Source of the DNA: Pirellulales bacterium
GTDB lineage: Bacteria > Planctomycetota > Planctomycetia > Pirellulales > PALSA-1355
Length of the DNA: 52,761 nucleotides
Reading direction: 5' to 3'
Assembly (NCBI GenBank): GCA_041750795.1
Contig: JBGSYQ010000147.1
Span: forward strand, 1-52,761
The position numbers and the translations under genes are program-made. Positions 36,978 to 45,060 of the stretch are shown here, piece by piece (position 1 is the first letter of the stretch; each line of letters opens with the position of its first letter). The notes beneath the pieces were generated by a model. The model had not been told where the DNA came from, searched no databases, and worked only from the letters and a program-made list of their open reading frames with translations.

Positions 36978-37245
36978 TCTTCATGATCTACGTCCACCTG
37001 ATCCGACTCGCCCTCCTCGGATTACCGTCCGAGAAAGCTGGCTTCTACTTTGACACGCGGTGCAAGCACTGGCATCGGAAGAAAGGATAACACAACCGAG
37101 CCGTGCCTGACCACGGCTCCCCCTACAACAACCTGTACAGCGAGTGTGCAGTTGAGCGTACTGGAAACGAACCCGAAGGACCGAAGTGGCAACGAGTTAA
37201 GGACTGGTGGCAGAACCGTACTATTCCCCTTCCGGAGCACGACTC

Positions 37246-37479
37246 ATGGCAAAGCGAAAGCGAATCATCCGCGAGCGGATCGTTGAGATCATCGAAGAGG
37301 ACGGGAGGCGAACCCGCCGCAAGTTCGTGCATAGAAGGCCGCAGCCGCGTATCGAGCAAAAGCCAGTTCCGCAACCGATGTCGACGGTGGGCGACGACGG
37401 GTGGTGGCCCATATTCGTGCTCCCGATTGTTTTCTTCCTGTTGTGTGTCGGCGGATGCGTAGTGGGGATGTCACGGTGA
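37246..37479 (+). CDS. Small basic protein with C-terminal TM helix
   Basis: GGAG RBS; Arg-rich N-terminus; WWPIFVLPIVFFLLCVGGC. Confidence 0.55.
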   Translation: MAKRKRIIRERIVEIIEEDGRRTRRKFVHRRPQPRIEQKPVPQPMSTVGDDGWWPIFVLPIVFFLLCVGGCVVGMSR

Positions 37480-37481
37480 GA

Positions 37482-37580
37482 GCCGTTCGTGACTTCGCCA
37501 GTGTAGCACCTGGTCAAGGTCGAACGCTTCGCGTCTCCACCTTGACTGGCGGTGCTGTGGCGTGTGCGTCACAAATCGGC
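37482..37580. promoter_or_regulatory. ~100-nt imperfect hairpin (putative ssDNA promoter or single-strand origin)
   Basis: Nested pairings GCCG/CGGC, GTGAC/GTCAC, CGCCA/TGGCG, AGCACC/GGTGCT, GTCAAGGT/ACCTTGAC, ACGC/GCGT. Confidence 0.6.
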
Positions 37581-37627
37581 CTGACAAGCCATATGACGTG
37601 TTTCCGTATATTTTTCCCTATTCGCAG

Positions 37628-38044
37628 ATGAACTCAAACAATCGAACACCATCGGCCCCGACGGCGATCACCCGCCAAGACTTTATGGACTTCTTTCGCT
37701 CCGAGAACGGCTGGGCGGATCTCATGCCCGACGACCGCCTGGAAGTATTCATGGACATCCTGCAGGGCGACAGTGACCTGACTGCCAACCTCCTCGGCGA
37801 CCTACTCAGCAGGTACGGTGCAGACGATCGCCTGGAAGTGAGAGACAAAGAGCACGCGCCGCTCCACCTTCTGACGATGGAAGACGCGGAGGCGGTACTC
37901 CGCGAGCTTGGGCACGATCCAACGCCCAATCAACTCGATGAGATGGAGCACGATATTCGCAAAGGCGTGGAATGGGGATTGGGTGAATGCTGGCACGAGG
38001 TGATGAAAACCGCGTGCGAGAATGCGTGGCAGGAATTGCAGTAA
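37628..38044 (+). CDS. Acidic hypothetical protein
   Basis: 138-aa ORF directly downstream of the hairpin. Confidence 0.6.
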   Translation: MNSNNRTPSAPTAITRQDFMDFFRSENGWADLMPDDRLEVFMDILQGDSDLTANLLGDLLSRYGADDRLEVRDKEHAPLHLLTMEDAEAVLRELGHDPTPNQLDEMEHDIRKGVEWGLGECWHEVMKTACENAWQELQ

Positions 38045-38116
38045 GAGCCGGGGCGCGGTGAACCACTCACACAAAGAAAAAGAGAAACAGCTTTATCCGC
38101 CATTTCTCTCTTAACC

Positions 38117-38470
38117 ATGAAACCATCAATTCTGACACATCAGGCCAAGGCCGTGAATACGGTGCTTGAATCAATTCGGAAAAGCAAGCTGCTTCCGCAG
38201 AAAGTGCTTTCCTCGCTCCCGCCCCTCGGGTCGACCGACGGGCAACAGGATCCGAAAGCGGTCCTGAAGCTCTTCTATCCCGACTTCTCGTGGACGTGGT
38301 ATGTCACCGAGTTCGACGGCGACGACACGTTCTTCGGCCTCGTCGACGGCGACGTCCGCGAACTGGGCTACTTCTCGCTCAGCGAGTTGCTTCGAAACAG
38401 CGGCCAGTGTGGGATGCCGATCGAACGTGATCGAGCATTCCAGCCGACTCCCCTTTCCGATATTTCCTGA
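38117..38470 (+). CDS. DUF2958-domain protein
   Basis: LPPL...VLKLFYP...WTWYVTE.DG...FFGLVDG...ELGYFSLSEL...IERD..F.P. Confidence 0.85.
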   Translation: MKPSILTHQAKAVNTVLESIRKSKLLPQKVLSSLPPLGSTDGQQDPKAVLKLFYPDFSWTWYVTEFDGDDTFFGLVDGDVRELGYFSLSELLRNSGQCGMPIERDRAFQPTPLSDIS

Positions 38471-38477
38471 CCCACAC

Positions 38478-38786
38478 ATGAATACTTTGATTTCACCAAC
38501 ACCGGCAAAAAAGCACATATCAACCCTTGAGGCGCTTCGGCTGCTCGATTCACTCGTTCGTGAGAGCGAGATCGGCCAAGCGTACATCGACAATAACTCT
38601 TCGACCATCGTGGCGGATGCCATCAAGCGTGCCGAGCGTCGGAATGCTCGGAAGCAGATGGCGCCACACCGCGATCAGATTTCGATGCACCTGACAGCGG
38701 CGCTCGATGCGATGAAAGCGTCTGATCCGCAGATTGCATCGTTCATCGAAAGCATGGAAGAGACCATGCGTCCGATACGAGTGTGA
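38478..38786 (+). CDS. Hypothetical protein
   Basis: 102 aa, starts 7 nt after the DUF2958 stop, followed by a terminator. Confidence 0.55.
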   Translation: MNTLISPTPAKKHISTLEALRLLDSLVRESEIGQAYIDNNSSTIVADAIKRAERRNARKQMAPHRDQISMHLTAALDAMKASDPQIASFIESMEETMRPIRV

Positions 38787-38796
38787 GTGAGGCACT

Positions 38797-38826
38797 GGCC
38801 GGATTCCTTCGGGAGTCCGGCCTTTT
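38797..38826 (+). terminator. Rho-independent terminator with UUCG loop
   Basis: GGCCGGATTCC-TTCG-GGAGTCCGGCC-TTTT. Confidence 0.8.
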
Positions 38827-38859
38827 GTCGTGAACCATGAACGACGAAGAGAACGACCG

Positions 38860-39687
38860 ATGACAGAGTACCCTGAAGTTAAACCTAAGCCCACGAGCGC
38901 GGTCGAGTGCCACGACCTGGGTATCTCAGTGATCCGGCTTCGCGACGTGCGGCCCGGACATCCTACGACTGGGAAAGCACCTCAGGGGAACTGGAAGCCA
39001 CAGCAGAAAGTCCGGATAACCCGACACGAAGCGGAATCGATTCGAGGGCAATACGGAAACGTCACAGGTGCATTGTCGGGAATCGTTGTAATCGATGTGG
39101 ATGACAACGATCTGCTCGAAGAGGTTATTCAGAGATTTGCGGATTCACCGATGCGGACGAAAACGGCAAAAGGTTGGCATTTGTATTTTCGCCATCCGGG
39201 CGTCGAAATTCGGAATCGAGCCAAGCTGCGAAAGCTCCCTTTGGATGTTCGCGGCGACGGTGGATACGTCGTCGGACCTGGCTCTCTCCATTGGTCCGGA
39301 CGTCGCTACGAAGCTCAGGGAGATTGGTCGAGCATCGAATCGCTACCGGTGTTCGATCCGTCGTGGCTCGAAGAAGAGCGGAAGTATAAGCAGTCGACGA
39401 TCGAGGTTGATCCGATCGAAAGCCGACTTCGTGTGATCCGTCGGGCAATCGCCTATGTCGAGAAAGTGGAGCCTGCCGTATCGGGACAGGGCGGGCACAA
39501 TTCTATGTTTCGTGCCGTTTGCAAATTGCTCAACCCAAAGCCAAAAGGTTTCGGACTCACAGAATCGGAAGCCCTGCCGATCATTGCGAGTTACAACGCG
39601 CGGTGCCTTCCGCCGTTCTCGGACAAGGATGTCGAACACAAGATTCAGTCCGTTGTTTTGAAAATCCGTAGTTCGATTGGAGGTTAG
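38860..39687 (+). CDS. Bifunctional DNA primase/polymerase (Prim-Pol) with PriCT-like C-terminus
   Basis: GKAP...W, G.VTG.LSGIVVIDVD, T.KGWHLYF, DVRGDGGYVVGPGS.H.SG..Y; AVSGQGGH...N.RCLPP...KI.S. Confidence 0.9.
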   Translation: MTEYPEVKPKPTSAVECHDLGISVIRLRDVRPGHPTTGKAPQGNWKPQQKVRITRHEAESIRGQYGNVTGALSGIVVIDVDDNDLLEEVIQRFADSPMRTKTAKGWHLYFRHPGVEIRNRAKLRKLPLDVRGDGGYVVGPGSLHWSGRRYEAQGDWSSIESLPVFDPSWLEEERKYKQSTIEVDPIESRLRVIRRAIAYVEKVEPAVSGQGGHNSMFRAVCKLLNPKPKGFGLTESEALPIIASYNARCLPPFSDKDVEHKIQSVVLKIRSSIGG

Positions 39688-39689
39688 CC

Positions 39690-39890
39690 ATGCTACGCGT
39701 CGTGAAAAGCGTTCGTGCGATTTGTCAGTTCTGCCGGAAGGACGGCCGCTGCTATGAAGTTGCCGCCGATGACGGTTCGCTCAAAGGCGACCATTGCATC
39801 AAATGCATTGATCGATGGCTCGATGCAAGAAGCGATTACAAGCCGAAGAAGCCCAAGAAGGATAAGAAGCCGGAAGCGGCGAAGGTGTGA
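39690..39890 (+). CDS. Small Zn-finger-like protein
   Basis: GGAGG RBS; CQFC...HCIKC. Confidence 0.6.
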   Translation: MLRVVKSVRAICQFCRKDGRCYEVAADDGSLKGDHCIKCIDRWLDARSDYKPKKPKKDKKPEAAKV

Positions 39891-39891
39891 G

Positions 39892-40323
39892 ATGCTGGAA
39901 TTCTGGGACGGCAAATGTGTGTTCTGCATGCGTGTGGCCGGAGTACTACGGCGCTCGGGATACGTCTTGCTACAGCATGCTCCGGGCGGGTTCATCCTTC
40001 CCGGAGGCCGTGTGGAATTCCTTGAGCACACTCACTCGGCTCTCGCGCGTGAAATGTGGGAAGAGCTGGGCGTACATGTCGATGTCGGGCGGATGCTGTG
40101 GATCGTCGAAAACGTCTTTGACTACAACGGGATCCACGTGCATCAATTCCTGACCATTTATGAGCTGTCTACAGGCGAGGATGTCCCTATCGAGAGAGCG
40201 CGCGCGGAACGGATGCAATGGTGGCCGATCGAGGAAGTCGACTCGATGGTGCTCTTTCCTGAGTTTTTGCGAAGGTCCATTGTCGAGTTGCCCGAGGCGG
40301 TCGAGCACGTGTGTATCGAGTGA
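39892..40323 (+). CDS. NUDIX hydrolase
   Basis: Nudix box GGRVEFLEHTHSALAREMWEELGV. Confidence 0.85.
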   Translation: MLEFWDGKCVFCMRVAGVLRRSGYVLLQHAPGGFILPGGRVEFLEHTHSALAREMWEELGVHVDVGRMLWIVENVFDYNGIHVHQFLTIYELSTGEDVPIERARAERMQWWPIEEVDSMVLFPEFLRRSIVELPEAVEHVCIE

Positions 40324-40328
40324 AGTGA

Positions 40329-40592
40329 ATGATTGACAAAAACAGGAATCACTGGAAAGGTGTTCGGCCTATGGAAAAGCATATTGTTCTAGCCGAATGC
40401 GAAGACGGAAAAGGTTTTGGATTGGTGACGGTCTACACGCCGGAAGACGGGATGGTTCGCATCGGTCCAGTGTATTCAAACGGCAGAAAGCCCGGCCCCG
40501 ACGACATGAAGAACATGCCGGTTGCGCTCATCGAAGAGATGACAAGCAAGGCACGTCAAAAGTTGGTGGATTTGGGTTTGGCGAAGTCATAG
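40329..40592 (+). CDS. Hypothetical protein
   Basis: Co-oriented ORF in the operon; the start may be 40371. Confidence 0.5.
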   Translation: MIDKNRNHWKGVRPMEKHIVLAECEDGKGFGLVTVYTPEDGMVRIGPVYSNGRKPGPDDMKNMPVALIEEMTSKARQKLVDLGLAKS

Positions 40593-40700
40593 AGAGGCCG
40601 TAGTCGCGCCGCGAAAAATCAGGTTCAGGACCTACGGAGAGATAGCGTCAGTTCCGAAGGATCGAGTAACTGCCACGGACGGCTTCACAGAGGTGAAGTC

Positions 40701-40922
40701 ATGTTTCTGACAGTCAAGCAAGTCGCCGAGCGTTTACAGGTAAGTCTGGGCACGATCTACGGCGCCGTCGATCGCGGTGAGCTGAAAGCCCATCGGTTCG
40801 GCCGTAGGACGGCGATCAGAATCTCGGAAGAGAGCCTACGCGAATATCTCGTTTTTTGTGCGGAGGACGAGCCGCAGCACGCTCCCAAGCCGACGGGAAA
40901 CTACCGTCATTTGAAGGCCTGA
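40701..40922 (+). CDS. xis: Excisionase-like helix-turn-helix protein
   Basis: FLTVKQVAERLQVSLGTIY...GELKAHRFG...IRIS; convergent with the integrase. Confidence 0.85.
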   Translation: MFLTVKQVAERLQVSLGTIYGAVDRGELKAHRFGRRTAIRISEESLREYLVFCAEDEPQHAPKPTGNYRHLKA

Positions 40923-40941
40923 GTGGACACCTGGGCGAATG

Positions 40942-42201
40942 TTACTCGCCTCCAGCCGTCGCACGTTTCAGCTCTTCATGAAGGAAATTCGGGTCTGATT
41001 CAAGGTGCCCGTACACCCGAGAAATCATGCGAGTATCCCGGTGACCTAAGAGCACGCTGACCGTCAATCCTGCTACACGATTCTTGAGGGCACGCGTGGC
41101 GAACGAATGGCGAAACGACGTCGCACAGGTGCCTTCCTCAAGACCGGCGATCGGCAGAGGAATCGGCCCAAGCATTTCAGGCTTCAGCTTTCGTTTCTTG
41201 ATGCAGCGTTCACAGATATTGCGGCGCTTTCGTCCGTCTTTCTCGCGATCCTTCAGGTACGGGCTTCGAACGAACGCGACGGCCTGACCAGTGCAGAACA
41301 CACACTTCTTTGCTTTCGGCTTGAGCAGTTTTCGGAATCTGAGGCGGATTGCATTCTTCGTCCAGGCTTCGCCCTTGCGATTTCGGAAGATCGGGAGCCA
41401 GGTTTCTTCGTTGCCCGAGGTGTTCTTCTTGGCCAGCGGCTTCGATCGATGCTTCTCTACGAGCCGTTCGCAAATCTCGAAAGCGGCGTCGGTCAAATAG
41501 ACCGTACGGGGCACGCGCTTGCCTTTCGACTTTGCCCGCGGGAACGACCAGCAACGCTCGGCCCGATTAAAGTGCTTCACTTCGACGCTACGGATTTCCT
41601 GCACGCGACAGCCCGTCTCCCACATGACGGTGAAGAAGTCGCGCTCCGATTGATCTGAGGCTCTGGAGAGAATCTCCGCGTACTGCTCGGGGCTGATGAC
41701 GATGTCCCGCGGCTCATACTGCGGCTTTTCAATTCCCTTGACCGGGCTCTTCGGCAGGTACCCACGTTTCACCGCCCAATTCATGGCGGCTTGCACGGAT
41801 CGGATCGCCCCGTAGATCGTGTTCGGGGAGGATTCCTTGTGCTTCTTATCGACCCACTTCGTGACGTGCTGGGCGTTCAGGTCGAGCAGCTTCAGTCGAT
41901 CGCCCACGTGCTTCCAGAAGCTCACCAAGTGGGCCTGATAGAACTGGTAGGTGCCGTGCTCCCGCCAGTCCTTGAGCCATTGCAGGAAGTCGTCGAGCAC
42001 ATTGGCGACGGTGGTGTCGGCCGTGGCCTCCACCTCCTTCCGGTCGCCCATGATCTTGTGGTACTTCTCGAACGCGAGGCCTTTGTCGCGGCCGAGATTC
42101 ATCTGCCGCTTGCCGAGCTGCACGTACCAGGTCTTATTGAACGCACGAAAGAACGGCCGCGGCTCCTTCTTCTGTTTCTTACCGGATCGCTTGGAGCGCA
42201 T
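40942..42201 (-). CDS. int: Tyrosine integrase of the island
   Basis: ETGCRVQE, KGK, SFRHSFAT, LLGHRDTRMISRVY; GGAGGT RBS before the ATG at 42201; adjacent to the tRNA. Confidence 0.92.
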   Translation of the reverse strand: MRSKRSGKKQKKEPRPFFRAFNKTWYVQLGKRQMNLGRDKGLAFEKYHKIMGDRKEVEATADTTVANVLDDFLQWLKDWREHGTYQFYQAHLVSFWKHVGDRLKLLDLNAQHVTKWVDKKHKESSPNTIYGAIRSVQAAMNWAVKRGYLPKSPVKGIEKPQYEPRDIVISPEQYAEILSRASDQSERDFFTVMWETGCRVQEIRSVEVKHFNRAERCWSFPRAKSKGKRVPRTVYLTDAAFEICERLVEKHRSKPLAKKNTSGNEETWLPIFRNRKGEAWTKNAIRLRFRKLLKPKAKKCVFCTGQAVAFVRSPYLKDREKDGRKRRNICERCIKKRKLKPEMLGPIPLPIAGLEEGTCATSFRHSFATRALKNRVAGLTVSVLLGHRDTRMISRVYGHLESDPNFLHEELKRATAGGE

Positions 42202-42205
42202 AGAA

Positions 42206-42251
42206 ACACCTCCGTAGTCTGCAAATCTTCTCTGCAACCCTACGGAGGTGT
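42206..42251. repeat. Perfect 12-bp inverted repeat ACACCTCCGTAG/CTACGGAGGTGT enclosing two TCTGCAA direct repeats
   Basis: Arms at 42206-42217 and 42240-42251; one arm contains the int Shine-Dalgarno. Confidence 0.9.
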
Positions 42252-42266
42252 CGTTGTAAGTTCAAG

Positions 42267-42340
42267 TGGGCGATACTGGACTCGAACCAGTGACCCCTAG
42301 CTTGTCGAGCTAGTGCTCTAACCAACTGAGCTAATCGCCC
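42267..42340 (-). tRNA. tRNA-Val (GAC), CCA not encoded
   Basis: GGGCGAT acceptor stem, GCTC/GAGC D-stem, CTAGC-TCGACAA-GCTAG anticodon arm, ACTGG-TTCGAGT-CCAGT T-arm. Confidence 0.97.
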
Positions 42341-42761
42341 TTTCCACCGATGCGGCGAGACAAACGCAGACTCTTCGCAGCCATTCGGCGTGTTTGTAAC
42401 TCTTGCGGATTCTACCTCTGGGTTGGTTTGCGGTCAAACATCGGCGGTGCGCTGTCGGTTCCGCCTTCTGGCAGGGGACTCGACGAACACGCATGCGTTG
42501 GCAAGTTCCGCTAGAATAAGTCACAACCAGCACACATCCGCGGAGTTCCGACATGTCGCTCGAGAAACTCCTCAGTCCCGCCCTGCGAACATTGCTCTTT
42601 GAGGACTACTTTCGGGCGATGCCGTTTTTTTGACGACGCCATTCGCGCGGGCAAGGGCGTGTCGCGACGCCGTTTCGCTTGGCAATCGGAATGTCGTCGA
42701 GCGAATCCTCGCGGAAACCGAGGCCGACGTGATTTCCGCCGGACCGGATGGGTGCGGCCGG

Positions 42762-43113
42762 TCATGTGCGCGATGCGTCGTCGAGCCGGCCGTTGCTGTC
42801 GAACACGGCAGGCAACGCTTCGGTCTCGATCGCGACGTATGTGTCCCTTTGCTTTCGTAGTGCCAACAGCGCTTGTCGCCGTGCGATCTTGAGGATCCAT
42901 GGCCCGAAGCGCGAGCGGTCCGCAAGCTTTCCCAGGTTGTTGTATGCCCGTAGAAACGACTCCTGCAAAACGTCTTGAGCCAGGTGCACGTCGGAGGATG
43001 GCGACGGCGGCCGAGCGGGCGGCCGGCTCATAGCGGCGCACCAATTCGGCAAACGCGGACTTGTCGCCCGCCAGGACGGCATTTACCAGCACCTCGTCAC
43101 TCAGTTGGTTCAT
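42762..43113 (-). pseudogene. Frameshifted, truncated ECF sigma factor
   Basis: SDEVLV...GDKSAFAELVRRY in one frame continues as DVHLAQDVLQESFLRAY...FGPWILKIARR in another frame (shift near 42993). It stops before region 4. Confidence 0.8.
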
Positions 43114-43269
43114 TCATGGCCTGCGCAGGAATGCGGATTCCACCTACTTAGAGCGCGCCAGCAATCAAATTGCGGCCGGCGCGGTCGAGATTTCTCGCGC
43201 TGGCGGATAATCGCGGCAATCGGCCCGGAACACGCGATCGACGGTGGGGAGGACAAGCAGGCGTTTTCG

Positions 43270-43731
43270 CTAAACTCCCTCCGGCCAGCGGCGCGTCTCC
43301 TCGAGCGACTGGCCAGTCTCCAGCAGGCTCTTGAGACTGGCCAGGATGTGCGGCCAGCCGCTGGAAACGGCCTCGATGAGCTTCGAGTCGGGTTTGTCGA
43401 TCTCGTGGATGACCGTCAACTTGACCGAGCTTCCCAGCGGTTCGAGCTCGTACGTCAGGCGCGAGTAGCCCTCGGCCTGCAATTCGGGCATGAACTCGTT
43501 GCGCCACGACAAGACGAGCCGGCGCCCGGGCTCGATCTCCAGCACCTCGCCACTGTCGCCGACGCGCCCGTCGGGAATCATGATCCGCCAGGACGCGCCC
43601 GGCTGCCAAGCGCACTGCTGCCACGTTTCGGCCCAATATTGCCGAGTAAACTCCGGTTCGATGAGCGCCTGCCAGAGCTTCTCGGGCGTGGTGCGAATAT
43701 AAGTCACGTAGACGAAGCGAGAATTGGCCAT
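43270..43731 (-). CDS. SRPBCC/AHSA1 family protein
   Basis: FVYVTYIRTTPEKLWQAL...GEVLE...LVLSW...GWP.ILASLKSLLETG. Confidence 0.9.
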   Translation of the reverse strand: MANSRFVYVTYIRTTPEKLWQALIEPEFTRQYWAETWQQCAWQPGASWRIMIPDGRVGDSGEVLEIEPGRRLVLSWRNEFMPELQAEGYSRLTYELEPLGSSVKLTVIHEIDKPDSKLIEAVSSGWPHILASLKSLLETGQSLEETRRWPEGV

Positions 43732-43839
43732 CAGTCTTTCCTCGTCATCAAGCGTCGGCACACGCCAGAATCAGAACAACGTCGTGGGTACTCGCCGGAC
43801 GCACGACCGCGCGCTGGTTGCAGTGCAGACCGCCGATCC

Positions 43840-44394
43840 TCAATCGGTCGCTTTGCGCTTCGCGCTGCCGGTGGCAAACGTGATCCACTCGCCGTCTTGC
43901 TGCATCTGCGCCTTGGTGTCGATGCGGTCGGGCGACTTGAAAATATAGACGTCGCGAAACAGGCCCGTCTCGCCGGACGCTATCATGCTCGGTCCTTCCG
44001 CTTCCAGCGTCAGCGTCTGGCTGGCCTCGTCGAACGATCCTTCATACTTCCATAGGTGATTCATCACCGAGTCGACCCAAGTGCCGACGTATTTGTTCGT
44101 TTCAGGATCAAAGCCGATCGTTTGCGCGGCGCGCATGGTCGTGCCCATCATGTCGTTCTCCACCTCCGACACGATCCAAAATCGACCGAGGGCGCGCGTG
44201 TGCATCTTGCCGTGGCATTTCATGGCCGGCTGATCCGGGCCTGCCGAAGCCTCGGCCTCGGTCTCCCACTGGCCGACGAAGCGTTGCAGCAGCTCATGCT
44301 CCTTCTGCGGCTCCAAAAGCTGCGTATCCTGCGCCGCAAGGTGAGGAGAAACAACCAACATGACCAACGTCAGTGCAATGGCGCTCGTCTTCAT
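43840..44394 (-). CDS. DUF1579-domain exported protein
   Basis: Signal peptide; PQKEHELL..FVG.W...GFDP...KYVGTWVDS. Confidence 0.8.
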   Translation of the reverse strand: MKTSAIALTLVMLVVSPHLAAQDTQLLEPQKEHELLQRFVGQWETEAEASAGPDQPAMKCHGKMHTRALGRFWIVSEVENDMMGTTMRAAQTIGFDPETNKYVGTWVDSVMNHLWKYEGSFDEASQTLTLEAEGPSMIASGETGLFRDVYIFKSPDRIDTKAQMQQDGEWITFATGSAKRKATD

Positions 44395-44486
44395 GGCAAC
44401 CTCGTGCAGTAAGAGTTGAGTTATGCTCGTCAAAAATGTGACGGTGTTGCACGACGCACCCGGTGCTTGCGGTCGTCATGCGCTCG

Positions 44487-44816
44487 TCAGCCATCGGACT
44501 CTCCTTCCAGGCGCTTCTTCAGATCGGCAAGTGCGCGCAGCCGGCCGCGCTCGTACTTGCCGATCCAGCGCTCGGCGATCTCGTGGATCGGCACCGGGTT
44601 CAAATAGTGTAACTTTTCGCGACCCCGCCAGAGCGTGACGACCAGGTTTGCCTGCTCCAGCAGCTTGAGGTGCTTGGTCACCGCCTGGCGCGACATGTCC
44701 AAGTACTCGCAAAGCTGACTGAGCGTCTGCCCGTTGTCGGCGTGCAACCGATCGAGCAACAGCCGGCGCCCCGGATCGGCCAGCGCTTTGAACACTTTGT
44801 CCAGATCGGCACGCAT
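44487..44816 (-). CDS. ArsR/SmtB family transcriptional regulator
   Basis: [15 protein letters not shown]...[16 protein letters not shown]...GREKLHYLN. Confidence 0.92.
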   Translation of the reverse strand: MRADLDKVFKALADPGRRLLLDRLHADNGQTLSQLCEYLDMSRQAVTKHLKLLEQANLVVTLWRGREKLHYLNPVPIHEIAERWIGKYERGRLRALADLKKRLEGESDG

Positions 44817-45060
44817 CGGCCCATTATGCAACTATATGGTTGCATGTCAAGGCGTGGCTTTTCGACCGGACCGGCTCTTGCGCCGAGTCGCGATGAGGGC
44901 GGCTTGTCTTGCTCCAACACGGCGTGCGCCTATACTTTGCGGCTGGCGGCTGCCGCACTTGGGCGAACCTGGGGGCCCCGGTTGCGCATCCTTTGTATCG
45001 ATGCCGGTCCATGTGCCGGGTGTGGCGGCTCAAAACCCCTCGATTGGGACTAGGAGATCC

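Larger units (their letters stand above)
1..42266. mobile_element. Composite genomic island (tandem integrative/mobilizable elements) integrated at the tRNA-Val 3' end; left end outside the window
   Basis: Tyrosine integrase and Xis abut the tRNA 3' end. Replication, relaxase, coupling-ATPase, TA and defence genes occur throughout. The sequence looks less GC-rich than the host genes to the right (not computed). I found no second copy of the tRNA 3' end in the window. Confidence 0.85.

Noticed and set aside
36641-36997. Minus-strand 118-aa ORF
   Set aside because: Antisense to a co-oriented gene run, with low-complexity composition; the + strand ORF is more plausible.
44734-45060. N-terminal extension of the 777-aa thrS ORF
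   Set aside because: It overlaps arsR; the true start is MLKVKLPDG at 45061 with an AGGAG RBS.
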